Source: an uncultured delta proteobacterium (GTDB lineage Bacteria > Desulfobacterota > Desulfuromonadia > Geobacterales > DSM-12255). Taken from it: a DNA stretch of 64,000 bases. The position numbers were made by a program, and so were the translations under genes. The stretch covers positions 96,001 through 160,000 of the forward strand of contig CAWBBV010000007.1 in NCBI GenBank assembly GCA_963787125.1, read 5' to 3'. Each line of letters opens with the position of its first letter. Position 1 is the stretch's first letter. Below are positions 29,052-38,350 of this stretch, one piece after another. Under the pieces are notes generated by a model that did no database searches, was not told where the DNA came from, and saw only the letters and a program-made list of their open reading frames with translations.

Positions 29052-29096
29052 AACTAGTAAAAGAACTGTTTCAGTTTTTAGATAAGGAGTTGACTA

Positions 29097-31121
29097 ATGA
29101 GAAATATTCACGGAGCGGGACACTTCAAATACAGGTTTCTGATACTGTTGCTTTCACTGTTTTCGTTAGTGGTGACGGCGGGAGAGTCGGTAGCAGCGAC
29201 AACCTGTTCTACTTGCCATGGAATGCCGCCACTGGACAGTGGAACTGGTGTACGTACCCCGTCAACAGGGGCTTTTAAAGGTAGCCACCAGGTTCACGTG
29301 AGCCAGCCAGCAGTCGCATCTGACTGTGTTGTCTGTCATAGTGCCGCTGCCGGTTATGATACGAAGCACACTGCAACCTCCGGCAATGTAATCGGTCTCT
29401 CTGCCAGTATCAACGGCGGCACCTACAGCAAAGGAACATTCTTTAATCAGACATCAGTGCCGACAATGGGCAACTGTTCAAATGTACTCTGTCATAGTAA
29501 TGTTTATGGTCCTGGTGGTGGTACTTCTCCGTTTTGGGGGTCAACCGGCAACGGTTGTTCGACCTGCCACACCATCGCAATCGATACTACCGGTCCAGCT
29601 ACAGGTAGCCATGCTAAACATAATATTACTGACTGTACCAAGTGTCATGCTGCCGGTACATCTGCAACTACCAAACCAAGCACTGGTCATCTTGATGGCA
29701 CAATAACAGTAGGCAATGGTTACCCTGTGACCGCTAAGCACACTGCCGGGACTTATACTGGCACATGCTCAACTGCTGTCTGTCATGATAATGGCCGCGG
29801 TGTGTTAGTTCAGACCCCGATCTGGGGGACAACTGTCCCAGCATGTTCTGCCTGCCACGAAGCTGTACCGACAACATTTTCTCACACTAAGCACTTATCT
29901 GGTCTCAGTGCAAAGTTTAATCGTAATGCTGTCTGTGCAGACTGCCATAAAGGTTATGTGCAGGGGACAACTGCAACTGCTGATCACCTTGATGGCAATG
30001 TGGATGTATACTATGCTACACCTGGTGACCTTGGTTACTCTGCAAACAAGGTAAAAGGTTCTGCTCTTGAATCATGTTCCACTGCGTACTGCCACAGTAA
30101 CGGTAAGTCAACTTTTGCTTCACCACTTTGGGGCGCAACATCAGCTGGTTGTGATTTCTGCCATCCAAACCTTTCTGCCGGTCATAATGCACATGTAAGT
30201 ACTCTTCTTTCTGAAGTTACTTTCTATGGCTATACCAGTACTAAATCTGCAGGTACCAGCTATAAATTTGGCTGTTCGATATGCCACCCACTGTCAATAT
30301 CAAATCACATGAATGGTACTATTGATATTGATTTAGCCGCATCTTCTGCCGGTGGACATCTTAAAGCTAATAATGGCGCCGGTGCCGGTATCGATGGGTT
30401 GAAACAGTGCAACAATGTTTACTGTCACTCAAATGGATACAAACCAGGCGCAGCATTTACATATGCAACTACGCCAGTGTGGGGCACCACCTTTACTGGT
30501 GACCGCTGTGCCGCCTGTCACGGTAATTCTCCAAACAGCTCAATTGTCGGGTCTTCAGCTCACTCTGCTCACGTAGTCGGTATCCATTATGATGATATCT
30601 TCAATGGCGTCAGTAGAAAACTTCCTATAGGCGGTGCATCTTCAGTCAATGCCGCCCACGGTAGTAATAGCCGTTCAACAACGATTAACTGCAACATCTG
30701 TCATGCTGCAACCGTATCTACTTTTGCCAACGACTCGAATCCGGCTTGTAGTGGTTGTCATAATGGTACAACAGCGCCACTTAAGAACCCGGCATCACTT
30801 ATTGCTGATACTTCCAAGCATGTTAACGGTACTGTTGATATAGCGTTCGTAAATCAGAAGATAGCTACTAAAGCCCAGTTGGTCGGCGAAGCTTTTAATG
30901 GTTATACAGCTGCTACTTCCGGTGGTTGGGCACGAAACAGCAATAGTATGAAGTTCAAAACTTATACAAGCAGCTACGATGTTACAAAGTCGACCCTTTT
31001 CGCAACCGCAACACCTTATACCACCTCTGCCGGGTGTCTGAACATTGCCTGTCATGCCAGCATACCTGTCAAGTGGACAGATGCTGTAACCTGCACAAGC
31101 TGTCACACACGACTAAAATAA
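29097..31121 (+). CDS. Secreted multiheme c-type cytochrome, 17 heme motifs (12 CXXCH, 5 CX4CH) in repeated triheme modules
   Basis: Motifs counted by hand; signal peptide (SVA|A); AAGGAG upstream. Confidence 0.93.
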   Translation: MRNIHGAGHFKYRFLILLLSLFSLVVTAGESVAATTCSTCHGMPPLDSGTGVRTPSTGAFKGSHQVHVSQPAVASDCVVCHSAAAGYDTKHTATSGNVIGLSASINGGTYSKGTFFNQTSVPTMGNCSNVLCHSNVYGPGGGTSPFWGSTGNGCSTCHTIAIDTTGPATGSHAKHNITDCTKCHAAGTSATTKPSTGHLDGTITVGNGYPVTAKHTAGTYTGTCSTAVCHDNGRGVLVQTPIWGTTVPACSACHEAVPTTFSHTKHLSGLSAKFNRNAVCADCHKGYVQGTTATADHLDGNVDVYYATPGDLGYSANKVKGSALESCSTAYCHSNGKSTFASPLWGATSAGCDFCHPNLSAGHNAHVSTLLSEVTFYGYTSTKSAGTSYKFGCSICHPLSISNHMNGTIDIDLAASSAGGHLKANNGAGAGIDGLKQCNNVYCHSNGYKPGAAFTYATTPVWGTTFTGDRCAACHGNSPNSSIVGSSAHSAHVVGIHYDDIFNGVSRKLPIGGASSVNAAHGSNSRSTTINCNICHAATVSTFANDSNPACSGCHNGTTAPLKNPASLIADTSKHVNGTVDIAFVNQKIATKAQLVGEAFNGYTAATSGGWARNSNSMKFKTYTSSYDVTKSTLFATATPYTTSAGCLNIACHASIPVKWTDAVTCTSCHTRLK

Positions 31122-31137
31122 GCTTCTTTTAAAGGAT

Positions 31138-31177
31138 TAAAATAAAAGAGCCGCTGAAAAGCGGCTCTTTTATTTTA
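31138..31177. terminator. Bidirectional intrinsic terminator
   Basis: TAAAATAAAAGAGCCGCT-GAAA-AGCGGCTCTTTTATTTTA, a perfect 18-bp stem between convergent genes. Confidence 0.92.
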
Positions 31178-31194
31178 TATACCGGTCCTATTTT

Positions 31195-32856
31195 TCAGAC
31201 AGACCAGAATCTCTTTTGAAGTTCATCTAGAAGCGGTGACAGGCTTTTTCGGTCGATAGCTGAGATGAAGAATGCTCCAAGATATTTCGAAAAATACTTG
31301 GTTTTCATAAATGCCAGGGGATCGTCAAGTTTCATGCTGTCCAGCTTGTCTGCTTTATTGAAAATAAGGAGGCACTCTTTTTGGTCCAATTCCAAGTCTG
31401 AAAGTATATCTTCCACGTTTTTAATATGATCCATGAATCTTGGGTTTGTGCAGTCTACAACATGAAGAAGCAGGTCGGCATCGTTGAGTTCTTCCAGTGT
31501 TGCTCTGAATGACCCGAGTAAAGACTTTGGGAGAGAGCGAATAAAACCAACGGTGTCCGTGATGATAACTTCTCTTTCCTGCGGAAATCTCAGACGTCTT
31601 GTTGATGTGTCCAATGTTGCAAAAAGCAGGTTTTCAGTGAAAGTATCACTTTGGGTTAAAGAGTTAAGTAAAGTTGATTTGCCGGCATTAGTATATCCGA
31701 CAATAGAAATAATGGGTAAGCCGGATTTGACCCTTTTTTGTCTTCGCTGAAATCGGTTGTCTGAAAACTCAGAAAGGAGTCGTTCCAGTTTTGATATTCT
31801 GTCCCTGATCCGTCTCCTGTCGACCTCAAGCTTTGTTTCCCCAGGACCTCTACCGCCGATACCTCCCATTAGGCGGGACATTTGAATGCCTTGGCCTGAC
31901 AGGCGGGGAAAAAGGTATTTTAGTTGTGCAAGTTCAACCTGCACCTTTCCGTCAAGGCTTTTGGCTCTTCTGGCAAAAATATCAAGAATCAGTTGAGTTC
32001 TGTCAATGACTTTCAACTCGGTTATTGTTGAGATAGATCGTGCTTGAGTGGGCGACAATTCCTGATCAAAAACCAGCATGGTTGCCCCAAGCTGAAGAGC
32101 TTTGATGATGATTTCACGTATCTTGCCTTCGCCCATAAGATATTTGGGTGAAAATTGCCTTGGGCGTTGGATAAATGATTCTAGAACAAGGATGCCGGCA
32201 GTTCGTGACAGTTCCTTTAGTTCATCAATAGAATCTGTTAGCTCAGCAACAGGGGAAGTCCCGACAGAGATAAGTATAGCGCGTTCTTTACTTGAATAAG
32301 TTGCTTTAGTTTTAGATGAAACACGTTCTAAATCACTTTCCAGTGAGTTAATAAATTCTCGTATATCAATTTCATGCTGATGAATTGGACGATCAGGATA
32401 AATTTTGTAAGGACGTTGATCTGAAAGGTCTGGATTAAGAGTAGCAAAAGTAATGCTGATCGAGGTGTCTATGCTCGCTTTAGGTGCATAAAGAACGGCA
32501 ACCATATCGAGCCGGAGAAGCAAAAGGTCATTAATGTCATCGGTACTTACAGGTTCAGAGTTAAGGTGGGTATGGACTAAACGTAGTCCCCTGAGTTTCC
32601 TTTTGCCGAGAGGAAAATTCTTTATCTCTGGCAACAGAATACTCTTCTCATCACCTACAACAACATACTCTACAGTACCGACTCTGGAAATCAGCAAAGC
32701 TAATTGTCTGCCAATTTCATTTGAAAGAGTGGTCATTGATCGGGCAAGTTCAAAAGAAATAATTTCTGCCGGAGGCGTTCTCCGCCTGTAAAGGCGTTCG
32801 AGGCTTGCCAATTGAATATGTTTTAATCCACTGAGGTTGCCATGAAGTTGTTTTAT
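31195..32856 (-). CDS. hflX: Ribosome-splitting GTPase HflX, long form, probable ATA start
   Basis: LILDIFARRA, RGPGETKLE, GYTNAGKS, LFATLD, DTVGF, NKAD; the frame extends 15 codons upstream of the TTG to an ATA preceded by AGGAG. Confidence 0.93.
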   Translation of the reverse strand: MKQLHGNLSGLKHIQLASLERLYRRRTPPAEIISFELARSMTTLSNEIGRQLALLISRVGTVEYVVVGDEKSILLPEIKNFPLGKRKLRGLRLVHTHLNSEPVSTDDINDLLLLRLDMVAVLYAPKASIDTSISITFATLNPDLSDQRPYKIYPDRPIHQHEIDIREFINSLESDLERVSSKTKATYSSKERAILISVGTSPVAELTDSIDELKELSRTAGILVLESFIQRPRQFSPKYLMGEGKIREIIIKALQLGATMLVFDQELSPTQARSISTITELKVIDRTQLILDIFARRAKSLDGKVQVELAQLKYLFPRLSGQGIQMSRLMGGIGGRGPGETKLEVDRRRIRDRISKLERLLSEFSDNRFQRRQKRVKSGLPIISIVGYTNAGKSTLLNSLTQSDTFTENLLFATLDTSTRRLRFPQEREVIITDTVGFIRSLPKSLLGSFRATLEELNDADLLLHVVDCTNPRFMDHIKNVEDILSDLELDQKECLLIFNKADKLDSMKLDDPLAFMKTKYFSKYLGAFFISAIDRKSLSPLLDELQKRFWSV

Positions 32857-32886
32857 TGTTATCTCCTGTTTAAAAAAAAGACGGGA

Positions 32887-33084
32887 TTAGATATTCAACG
32901 ATCTAATCGTATGCAACTGTTTTTCAATTGATATAAGACGATCCTCAATTTTCTCAAGTTTACTGACAGACTCTTCTACTCTTGCTTTTATAGAAAAAAT
33001 AACAAATGGCAGGATAAACCATATGACTGTGAGGAAAAAACCTGCCATCCAGAGTATAACTATTAACCCACCAAAAAGCTCCAT
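32887..33084 (-). CDS. Small membrane protein with coiled-coil tail
   Basis: Long hydrophobic N-terminus; GGAG ahead of ATG 33084; directly upstream of hflX. Confidence 0.65.
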   Translation of the reverse strand: MELFGGLIVILWMAGFFLTVIWFILPFVIFSIKARVEESVSKLEKIEDRLISIEKQLHTIRSLNI

Positions 33085-33206
33085 TTCATCTCCACTCGAA
33101 GTTGATTTTTCACTGAAATTAGTCTTAATAAGGTCAAAAGTCAATATTGATGGGTACGTAGGCTGTAAGAAGGGTAAAAACAGTTTCTAGTAATATTAAA
33201 GCTGTG

Positions 33207-33212
33207 TATAAT
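33207..33212 (+). promoter_or_regulatory. Consensus -10 box upstream of the glycosylation locus
   Basis: TATAAT 16 nt before ATG 33229 with GGAG in between; the -35 match is weak. Confidence 0.45.
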
Positions 33213-33228
33213 AAAAAACGGAGATTTA

Positions 33229-35049
33229 ATGGCAACTGTCAGCACAAATATTTCAGATTTCTGCACTTCTCAAAGTCGGAAAGTCGATTTTCAAAGAATG
33301 CTTTTAATCGTTATGCTGGGTTTAATTACTTACAGCAATACTCTCAACTATCCGTTCATTTTTGATGATTACGCAAACATCGTTAATAATCCACAAATTA
33401 TCGACTTAACTTTTGCCGGAATAAAAAATGCTCTTGTGTCAAAACGTGCCATAGGCATCATTACATTTCAGTTGAACTATTACTACTTTGGGTTAAATCT
33501 ATTAAGTTATCATCTTGTGAATATAGTAGTACATATAACTTCATCTTTAGCAGTATATAAACTATTGCAACTACTCATGGAAACACCCTATATACTCATT
33601 AATTCTGATGATGAATACCGTAAACTTCCGCTACCACTTTTTTCAGCACTCATCTTTGTAGTTCATCCTGTACAGACTCAGGCAGTGACATATATAGTGC
33701 AGCGTTTTGCCTCATTGGCGGCTCTTTTCTATCTCTTGGCACTAATTTCGTACCTTAAAGCTCGAATAAGTTTGCATGCTTCTGGCAGTCATTTTACCTG
33801 GAAAATATTTATCTGGTCTGCAGCGTGTTCGCTCTTTACTTTTGCAGCGTTCTTTACCAAAGAGACTGCATTTACTCTTCCCCTCGCAATTATCTTAATT
33901 GAATTACTTTTCTTTAGTTACAGTGCTAAGAAATTATGTTGGTTTTTTAGTGCTGGTGGAGCCCTGGTAATTGCAATCATAAGCAAATATTCGGTTGCAG
34001 GTCACTTTGGGCAGGGGATACTAAAGATTCTTGATGAATCTACACGGATGCAGACTATTACATCTCGCTGGGATTACCTCTTTACCCAGTTCAGGGTGAT
34101 AATGACCTATATGCGACTGATCGCTTTTCCGGTCAATCAACGACTGGATTATGATTATGAACTTTCCCAAACTTTTTTTGATTGGAGAGTATTCTGCTCT
34201 TTTCTGATAATTATTGCTTTTTTGCTGGGAGCAGCTAGATTGATAAAACTTTCGGCGCATGGCTCCCCTCACTTACGCTTGGCTGCGTTTGGCATTTTAT
34301 GGTTTTTTCTGACCCTTTCAGTTGAGTCCAGTATCATTCCGATTATCGATCTGATATTCGAGCATCGCATTTACCTGCCGTTGTTTGGAGCAGTAACTGC
34401 GGTTTGTTCTACTGTGATAACTTCGTTGTGGAGGCGTGGAGAGTCGACAAGAAATACCCTCTGCTTCTGGGGTTTCATTCTGACTCTACTGCTCGGAGTA
34501 ATTTCTTTTAACAGAAATAGTGTCTGGAAAAGCGAGGTCTCCGTCTGGGCAGATACAGTTAAAAAGAGTCCCAATAGTGCCAGAGCATGGAATAACCTTG
34601 GTGCTAGTTACATTAAACAAGGTGAGCCGTTAAGCGCGCTTAAAGCCGTTATCAGGTCAGTTGAGCTTGATCCATCTAAAGCTGATGCAATGAATAATCT
34701 TGGGATAGCTATAGATCTTATGGGAGCCTACAATGACAGATTTAACAAGACAGCAGAGATGTTCATTTCTGCGGAATCTATAGAAAACAAGGTTGTCAGC
34801 AGGTGGCTAGGTGATGTAAACAATAATTTAGGCCTTGGTTATGAAATAATCGGTAACCTGCCAAAAGCTGCTGAAAGCTACAGGAACTCCGTAGGCTATA
34901 ATCCTTCACTTGGATTGGCATATTACAATCTCGGTATCTTGAGTGCGAAAATGGGAGATGCAGGTAAATACCATGAGCAGCTTCAGATTCTCTGGCTGCT
35001 GGATCCTGCTCTTGCTGAACGACTTCAGCTCAGAGTCGGGCTGAGGTGA
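33229..35049 (+). CDS. TMTC-like GT-C fold membrane glycosyltransferase with C-terminal TPRs
   Basis: YSNTLNYPFIFDD first-loop acidic motif; YHLVNIVVH; HPVQTQAVTYI.QR; TKE; EHRIYLP; RNSVWKSE..W; TPR repeats. Confidence 0.8.
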   Translation: MATVSTNISDFCTSQSRKVDFQRMLLIVMLGLITYSNTLNYPFIFDDYANIVNNPQIIDLTFAGIKNALVSKRAIGIITFQLNYYYFGLNLLSYHLVNIVVHITSSLAVYKLLQLLMETPYILINSDDEYRKLPLPLFSALIFVVHPVQTQAVTYIVQRFASLAALFYLLALISYLKARISLHASGSHFTWKIFIWSAACSLFTFAAFFTKETAFTLPLAIILIELLFFSYSAKKLCWFFSAGGALVIAIISKYSVAGHFGQGILKILDESTRMQTITSRWDYLFTQFRVIMTYMRLIAFPVNQRLDYDYELSQTFFDWRVFCSFLIIIAFLLGAARLIKLSAHGSPHLRLAAFGILWFFLTLSVESSIIPIIDLIFEHRIYLPLFGAVTAVCSTVITSLWRRGESTRNTLCFWGFILTLLLGVISFNRNSVWKSEVSVWADTVKKSPNSARAWNNLGASYIKQGEPLSALKAVIRSVELDPSKADAMNNLGIAIDLMGAYNDRFNKTAEMFISAESIENKVVSRWLGDVNNNLGLGYEIIGNLPKAAESYRNSVGYNPSLGLAYYNLGILSAKMGDAGKYHEQLQILWLLDPALAERLQLRVGLR

Positions 35050-35768
35050 TGCCTTTGTCTGATACCCTAATAATTATTCCGGCTTACAATGAAGCGTTCG
35101 GCATAGCTACAGTAATTGCCAATATCCGCAAGCACGTTCCTGATTTCGATATTCTTGTCATTAATGACGGTTCAACTGACAATACTGCCGCAATAGCCAG
35201 CGATGCTGGTGCAAAAGTCGTTTCGCACAACTTCAACATGGGATATGGCGTAACCATCCAGACTGGATACAAATTTGCTTATGAGAAAGGCTACAAATAT
35301 ATTATACAGATTGACGGAGATGGACAGCATGACCCTTCTTTTATAAGCCAGCTGCTTGAGCCAGTTCGTAACGGAGACATAGATTTTGCAATAGGTTCAA
35401 GATTCCTCTGGTTTGACAGCTATAGGCCCTCTTTTTCGAGGCGATTAGGGATTCTTTTTTTCCGCAAGCTTGTGACAGTAATTATCGGACGGGAGATATC
35501 AGATCCTACGTCAGGCTACCAGGCTTTTAACAGAGATGTTATGAAGTTTTTTACGACCGATATCTTTCCGTATGATTATCCTGATGCTGACATGCTGATA
35601 ACGCTTAATCTGGCCGGCTTCAGGATGAGAGAAATCCCGGTCAGGATGTTTGCAAACGCGAGCGGCAAGACAATGCATAGTGGCACCAAGCCTTTGTATT
35701 ACATGGTAAAGATGTGCCTTTCTATTATTGTTACGTTGTTGCGTAACAGGCAGCTTTACCGGAGATAG
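35046..35768 (+). CDS. GT2 glycosyltransferase, DPM1-like (polyprenol-phosphate sugar synthase)
   Basis: IIPAYNE, NDGSTD, DGDGQHDP, GSRF, DPTSG. Confidence 0.88.
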   Translation: MMPLSDTLIIIPAYNEAFGIATVIANIRKHVPDFDILVINDGSTDNTAAIASDAGAKVVSHNFNMGYGVTIQTGYKFAYEKGYKYIIQIDGDGQHDPSFISQLLEPVRNGDIDFAIGSRFLWFDSYRPSFSRRLGILFFRKLVTVIIGREISDPTSGYQAFNRDVMKFFTTDIFPYDYPDADMLITLNLAGFRMREIPVRMFANASGKTMHSGTKPLYYMVKMCLSIIVTLLRNRQLYRR

Positions 35769-35771
35769 ACA

Positions 35772-36167
35772 ATGACAATTAAACAGCAAATATTTTCAAT
35801 GTTGGTAAGTCTGGGCGTATTCTTCTTTACCATTGATCTGGTAAGAAAAAAAAGACTGCGCGAAGAATATTCGCTGCTCTGGCTCGGCACCAGTATTTTG
35901 ATGCTTGTACTTATAGCCCGTTACGAATGGCTCATGACATTGACAACGCTCATAGGGGCAGTGCTGCCTACAACGACACTTTTTCTCGGATCAATTCTTT
36001 TTTTAGTGCTGCTGGCAGTGCAGTTCTCAATTAAAATTTCCAATCTGTCAAATCAGGTTAAGGATCTTGTGCAGGAAAACGCTCTGCTTCGATACGAGTT
36101 CGAAAAGTGCCGTAATTATCTAGAAGTTCAGCTTAAGGATAACAAAAACATCAGCCCAGAGGGGTAA
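35772..36167 (+). CDS. DUF2304 family membrane protein
   Basis: Three TM helices, LREEYSLLW, C-terminal LVQENALL coil; follows a DPM1-like GT2. Confidence 0.8.
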   Translation: MTIKQQIFSMLVSLGVFFFTIDLVRKKRLREEYSLLWLGTSILMLVLIARYEWLMTLTTLIGAVLPTTTLFLGSILFLVLLAVQFSIKISNLSNQVKDLVQENALLRYEFEKCRNYLEVQLKDNKNISPEG

Positions 36168-36171
36168 TGAA

Positions 36172-37116
36172 GTGGATTTAAGTATAGTAGTTCCGATTTA
36201 TAATGAAGAAGAAAGCCTAAGTCTCTTACATGAAAGAGTAACTGCGTCTCTTGAGAATACCGGGCTTGATTATGAACTTATTTTAGTTGATGACGGCTCA
36301 AGCGATCGTTCTTTTTTGCTGCTGAAAGAGCTGGCGGTTCAGGATCCGAGAGTAAAAGTGATCCGATTTAGAAGGAATTTCGGACAGACCGCTGCGATGG
36401 CCGCCGGATTTGATGCAGCATCAGGTAGAGTTGTTGTCCCGATGGATGGTGATTTGCAGAATGATCCATCTGATATACCGAGACTTCTGGCGAAAATTGA
36501 TGAAGGCTATGATGTGGTTTCCGGATGGCGGAAAGATCGACAGGATACTTTCATAAACCGCAAGCTGCCTTCAATGATAGCCAATGGACTTATCTCAAAA
36601 TTTACAGGAGTCCATCTTCATGATTACGGCTGTACACTAAAGGCTTACAGGAAAGAGGTGTTGGAGGGGATCAATCTTTATGGAGAGATGCACCGCTTTG
36701 TTCCTGCCCTGGCTTCACAGGTCGGTGCCAAGGTAACAGAGTTGCCGGTTAAGCATCACTCCAGACTTTTCGGCACGAGCAAATACGGGATATCCAGGAC
36801 AGTCAGGGTTGTCCTGGATCTTATGACCGTAAAGTTTCTTCTCCAGTATTCAACAAAACCTATTCAGCTCTTCGGCAAGTGGGGGGTATACACTCTTTTT
36901 TCCGGGGCTCTGAGCGGCGCTGCGACTCTTTATATGAAGATATTCGAACATATGAGCATGAATCGTAACCCTTTGTGGATATTGACCATATTTCTCTTTT
37001 TTATGGGGATTCAGTTCATTGTTCTCGGTCTTCTTGGAGAATTGAATGCTCGCACCTATTATGAAGCACAGGGGAAACCGATCTATGTTGTGCGTGAGAA
37101 GCTGAATCTTGACTGA
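36172..37116 (+). CDS. GT2 glycosyltransferase, ArnC/GtrB-like (two C-terminal TM helices)
   Basis: VVPIYNEE, DDGSSD, RNFGQTAA, DGDLQNDP, HRF.P, GLLGE. Confidence 0.9.
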   Translation: MDLSIVVPIYNEEESLSLLHERVTASLENTGLDYELILVDDGSSDRSFLLLKELAVQDPRVKVIRFRRNFGQTAAMAAGFDAASGRVVVPMDGDLQNDPSDIPRLLAKIDEGYDVVSGWRKDRQDTFINRKLPSMIANGLISKFTGVHLHDYGCTLKAYRKEVLEGINLYGEMHRFVPALASQVGAKVTELPVKHHSRLFGTSKYGISRTVRVVLDLMTVKFLLQYSTKPIQLFGKWGVYTLFSGALSGAATLYMKIFEHMSMNRNPLWILTIFLFFMGIQFIVLGLLGELNARTYYEAQGKPIYVVREKLNLD

Positions 37117-38293
37117 AAAATGTCTTAAAATCCTTATGTTGGCACCAACCCCTTTTTTTGCTGACAGGGGGTGTCATGTCAGGATTTATGAAGAAGCACG
37201 TGCTCTTCAGGATTTTGGCAACATAGTTGAAATTATCACTTATCACATCGGTCGAGATATTCCCGGGATAACAACTCACCGGATTGCATCTATCCCCTGG
37301 TATTCCAAACTTGAAGCAGGTCCTTCTTGGCACAAACCCTACCTTGATATACTTCTTTTTTTCAAAGCGCTCACAGTTGCCCGCAGGTTGAAGCCGGATC
37401 TGATTCATGCCCATCTCCATGAGGGTGCTCTTATAGGGGCTCTACTGAAAAAAATATTAGGTATCCCATTGATTTTTGATTGTCAGGGGAGCTTAACCGG
37501 AGAAATGATAGACCATGGGTTCATGGCGTCGAACTCAGTCATGAGCAGAATTTTCAGCCATATAGAAAGATTTATAGATAAAAGAGCCGATATGATTATT
37601 ACCAGTTCGACTTTAGCTGCGGAGGATCTGACCAATCGCTGGAGGATTCCTGAGCGGATTGTGACTACGTTGACTGATGCTGTCAATACCGACGAGTTTT
37701 ATCCGATCAATAGCGATTGTTTGAAAAAGGAGCTGGATTTGCCTGGAGACAGGCCTATTGTCGCCTTTCTTGGACTGTTCAATAGCTATCAGGGGGTTGA
37801 TCTCCTCATGGATGTTATCAGGATACTAAAACAGAGACTGACAAAAGTACATTTTCTCCTGATGGGTTTTCCTGATGAGAGATACCGTCAACTCGCTGCG
37901 GAACTGGCTATAGCCGATATGATTACTTTTACCGGGAAGGTAGATTACACAAAAGCGCCGCATTACCTTTGTGCTGCTGACGTTGCAATCTCTCCGAAGA
38001 TCTCGTTGACAGAAGCAAACGGCAAGCTGTTCAATTATCTTGCCTGTGGACTGCCTTGCGTTGTTTTTGATACTCCAGTTAACAGGGAAATACTTGGCGA
38101 AATAGGCGTTTACGCCAACTTCGGCGATGCAACCGATTTTGCCGATAAGCTTGAAGCATTGCTTGGAAATTCTGACCAGACGACTCGCCTTGGCAGAATC
38201 AGCAGAGAAAAAGCTGTATTGGAACATTCGTGGCATGCAAGGGGTGCAGCTCTTGTGCAGCTTTACCAGACTCTTCTGGCGAGCCGTTCATGA
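37109..38293 (+). CDS. GT4 glycosyltransferase
   Basis: APTPFFADRG, IHAHLHEG, EANGKLFNYLACGLP. Confidence 0.88.
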   Translation: MTEKCLKILMLAPTPFFADRGCHVRIYEEARALQDFGNIVEIITYHIGRDIPGITTHRIASIPWYSKLEAGPSWHKPYLDILLFFKALTVARRLKPDLIHAHLHEGALIGALLKKILGIPLIFDCQGSLTGEMIDHGFMASNSVMSRIFSHIERFIDKRADMIITSSTLAAEDLTNRWRIPERIVTTLTDAVNTDEFYPINSDCLKKELDLPGDRPIVAFLGLFNSYQGVDLLMDVIRILKQRLTKVHFLLMGFPDERYRQLAAELAIADMITFTGKVDYTKAPHYLCAADVAISPKISLTEANGKLFNYLACGLPCVVFDTPVNREILGEIGVYANFGDATDFADKLEALLGNSDQTTRLGRISREKAVLEHSWHARGAALVQLYQTLLASRS

Positions 38294-38350
38294 TATGAAC
38301 ATTTCTGCTTGCCAGATTTTATTCAATCATTTAATGTTCACGATATGAAC
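38286..38350 (+). promoter_or_regulatory. Paired palindromes GTTCAyGATATGAAC flanking a putative sigma70 promoter
   Basis: Copies at 38286-38300 and 38336-38350; TTGCCA (38309)-17 nt-TAATGT (38332) between them. Confidence 0.7.
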
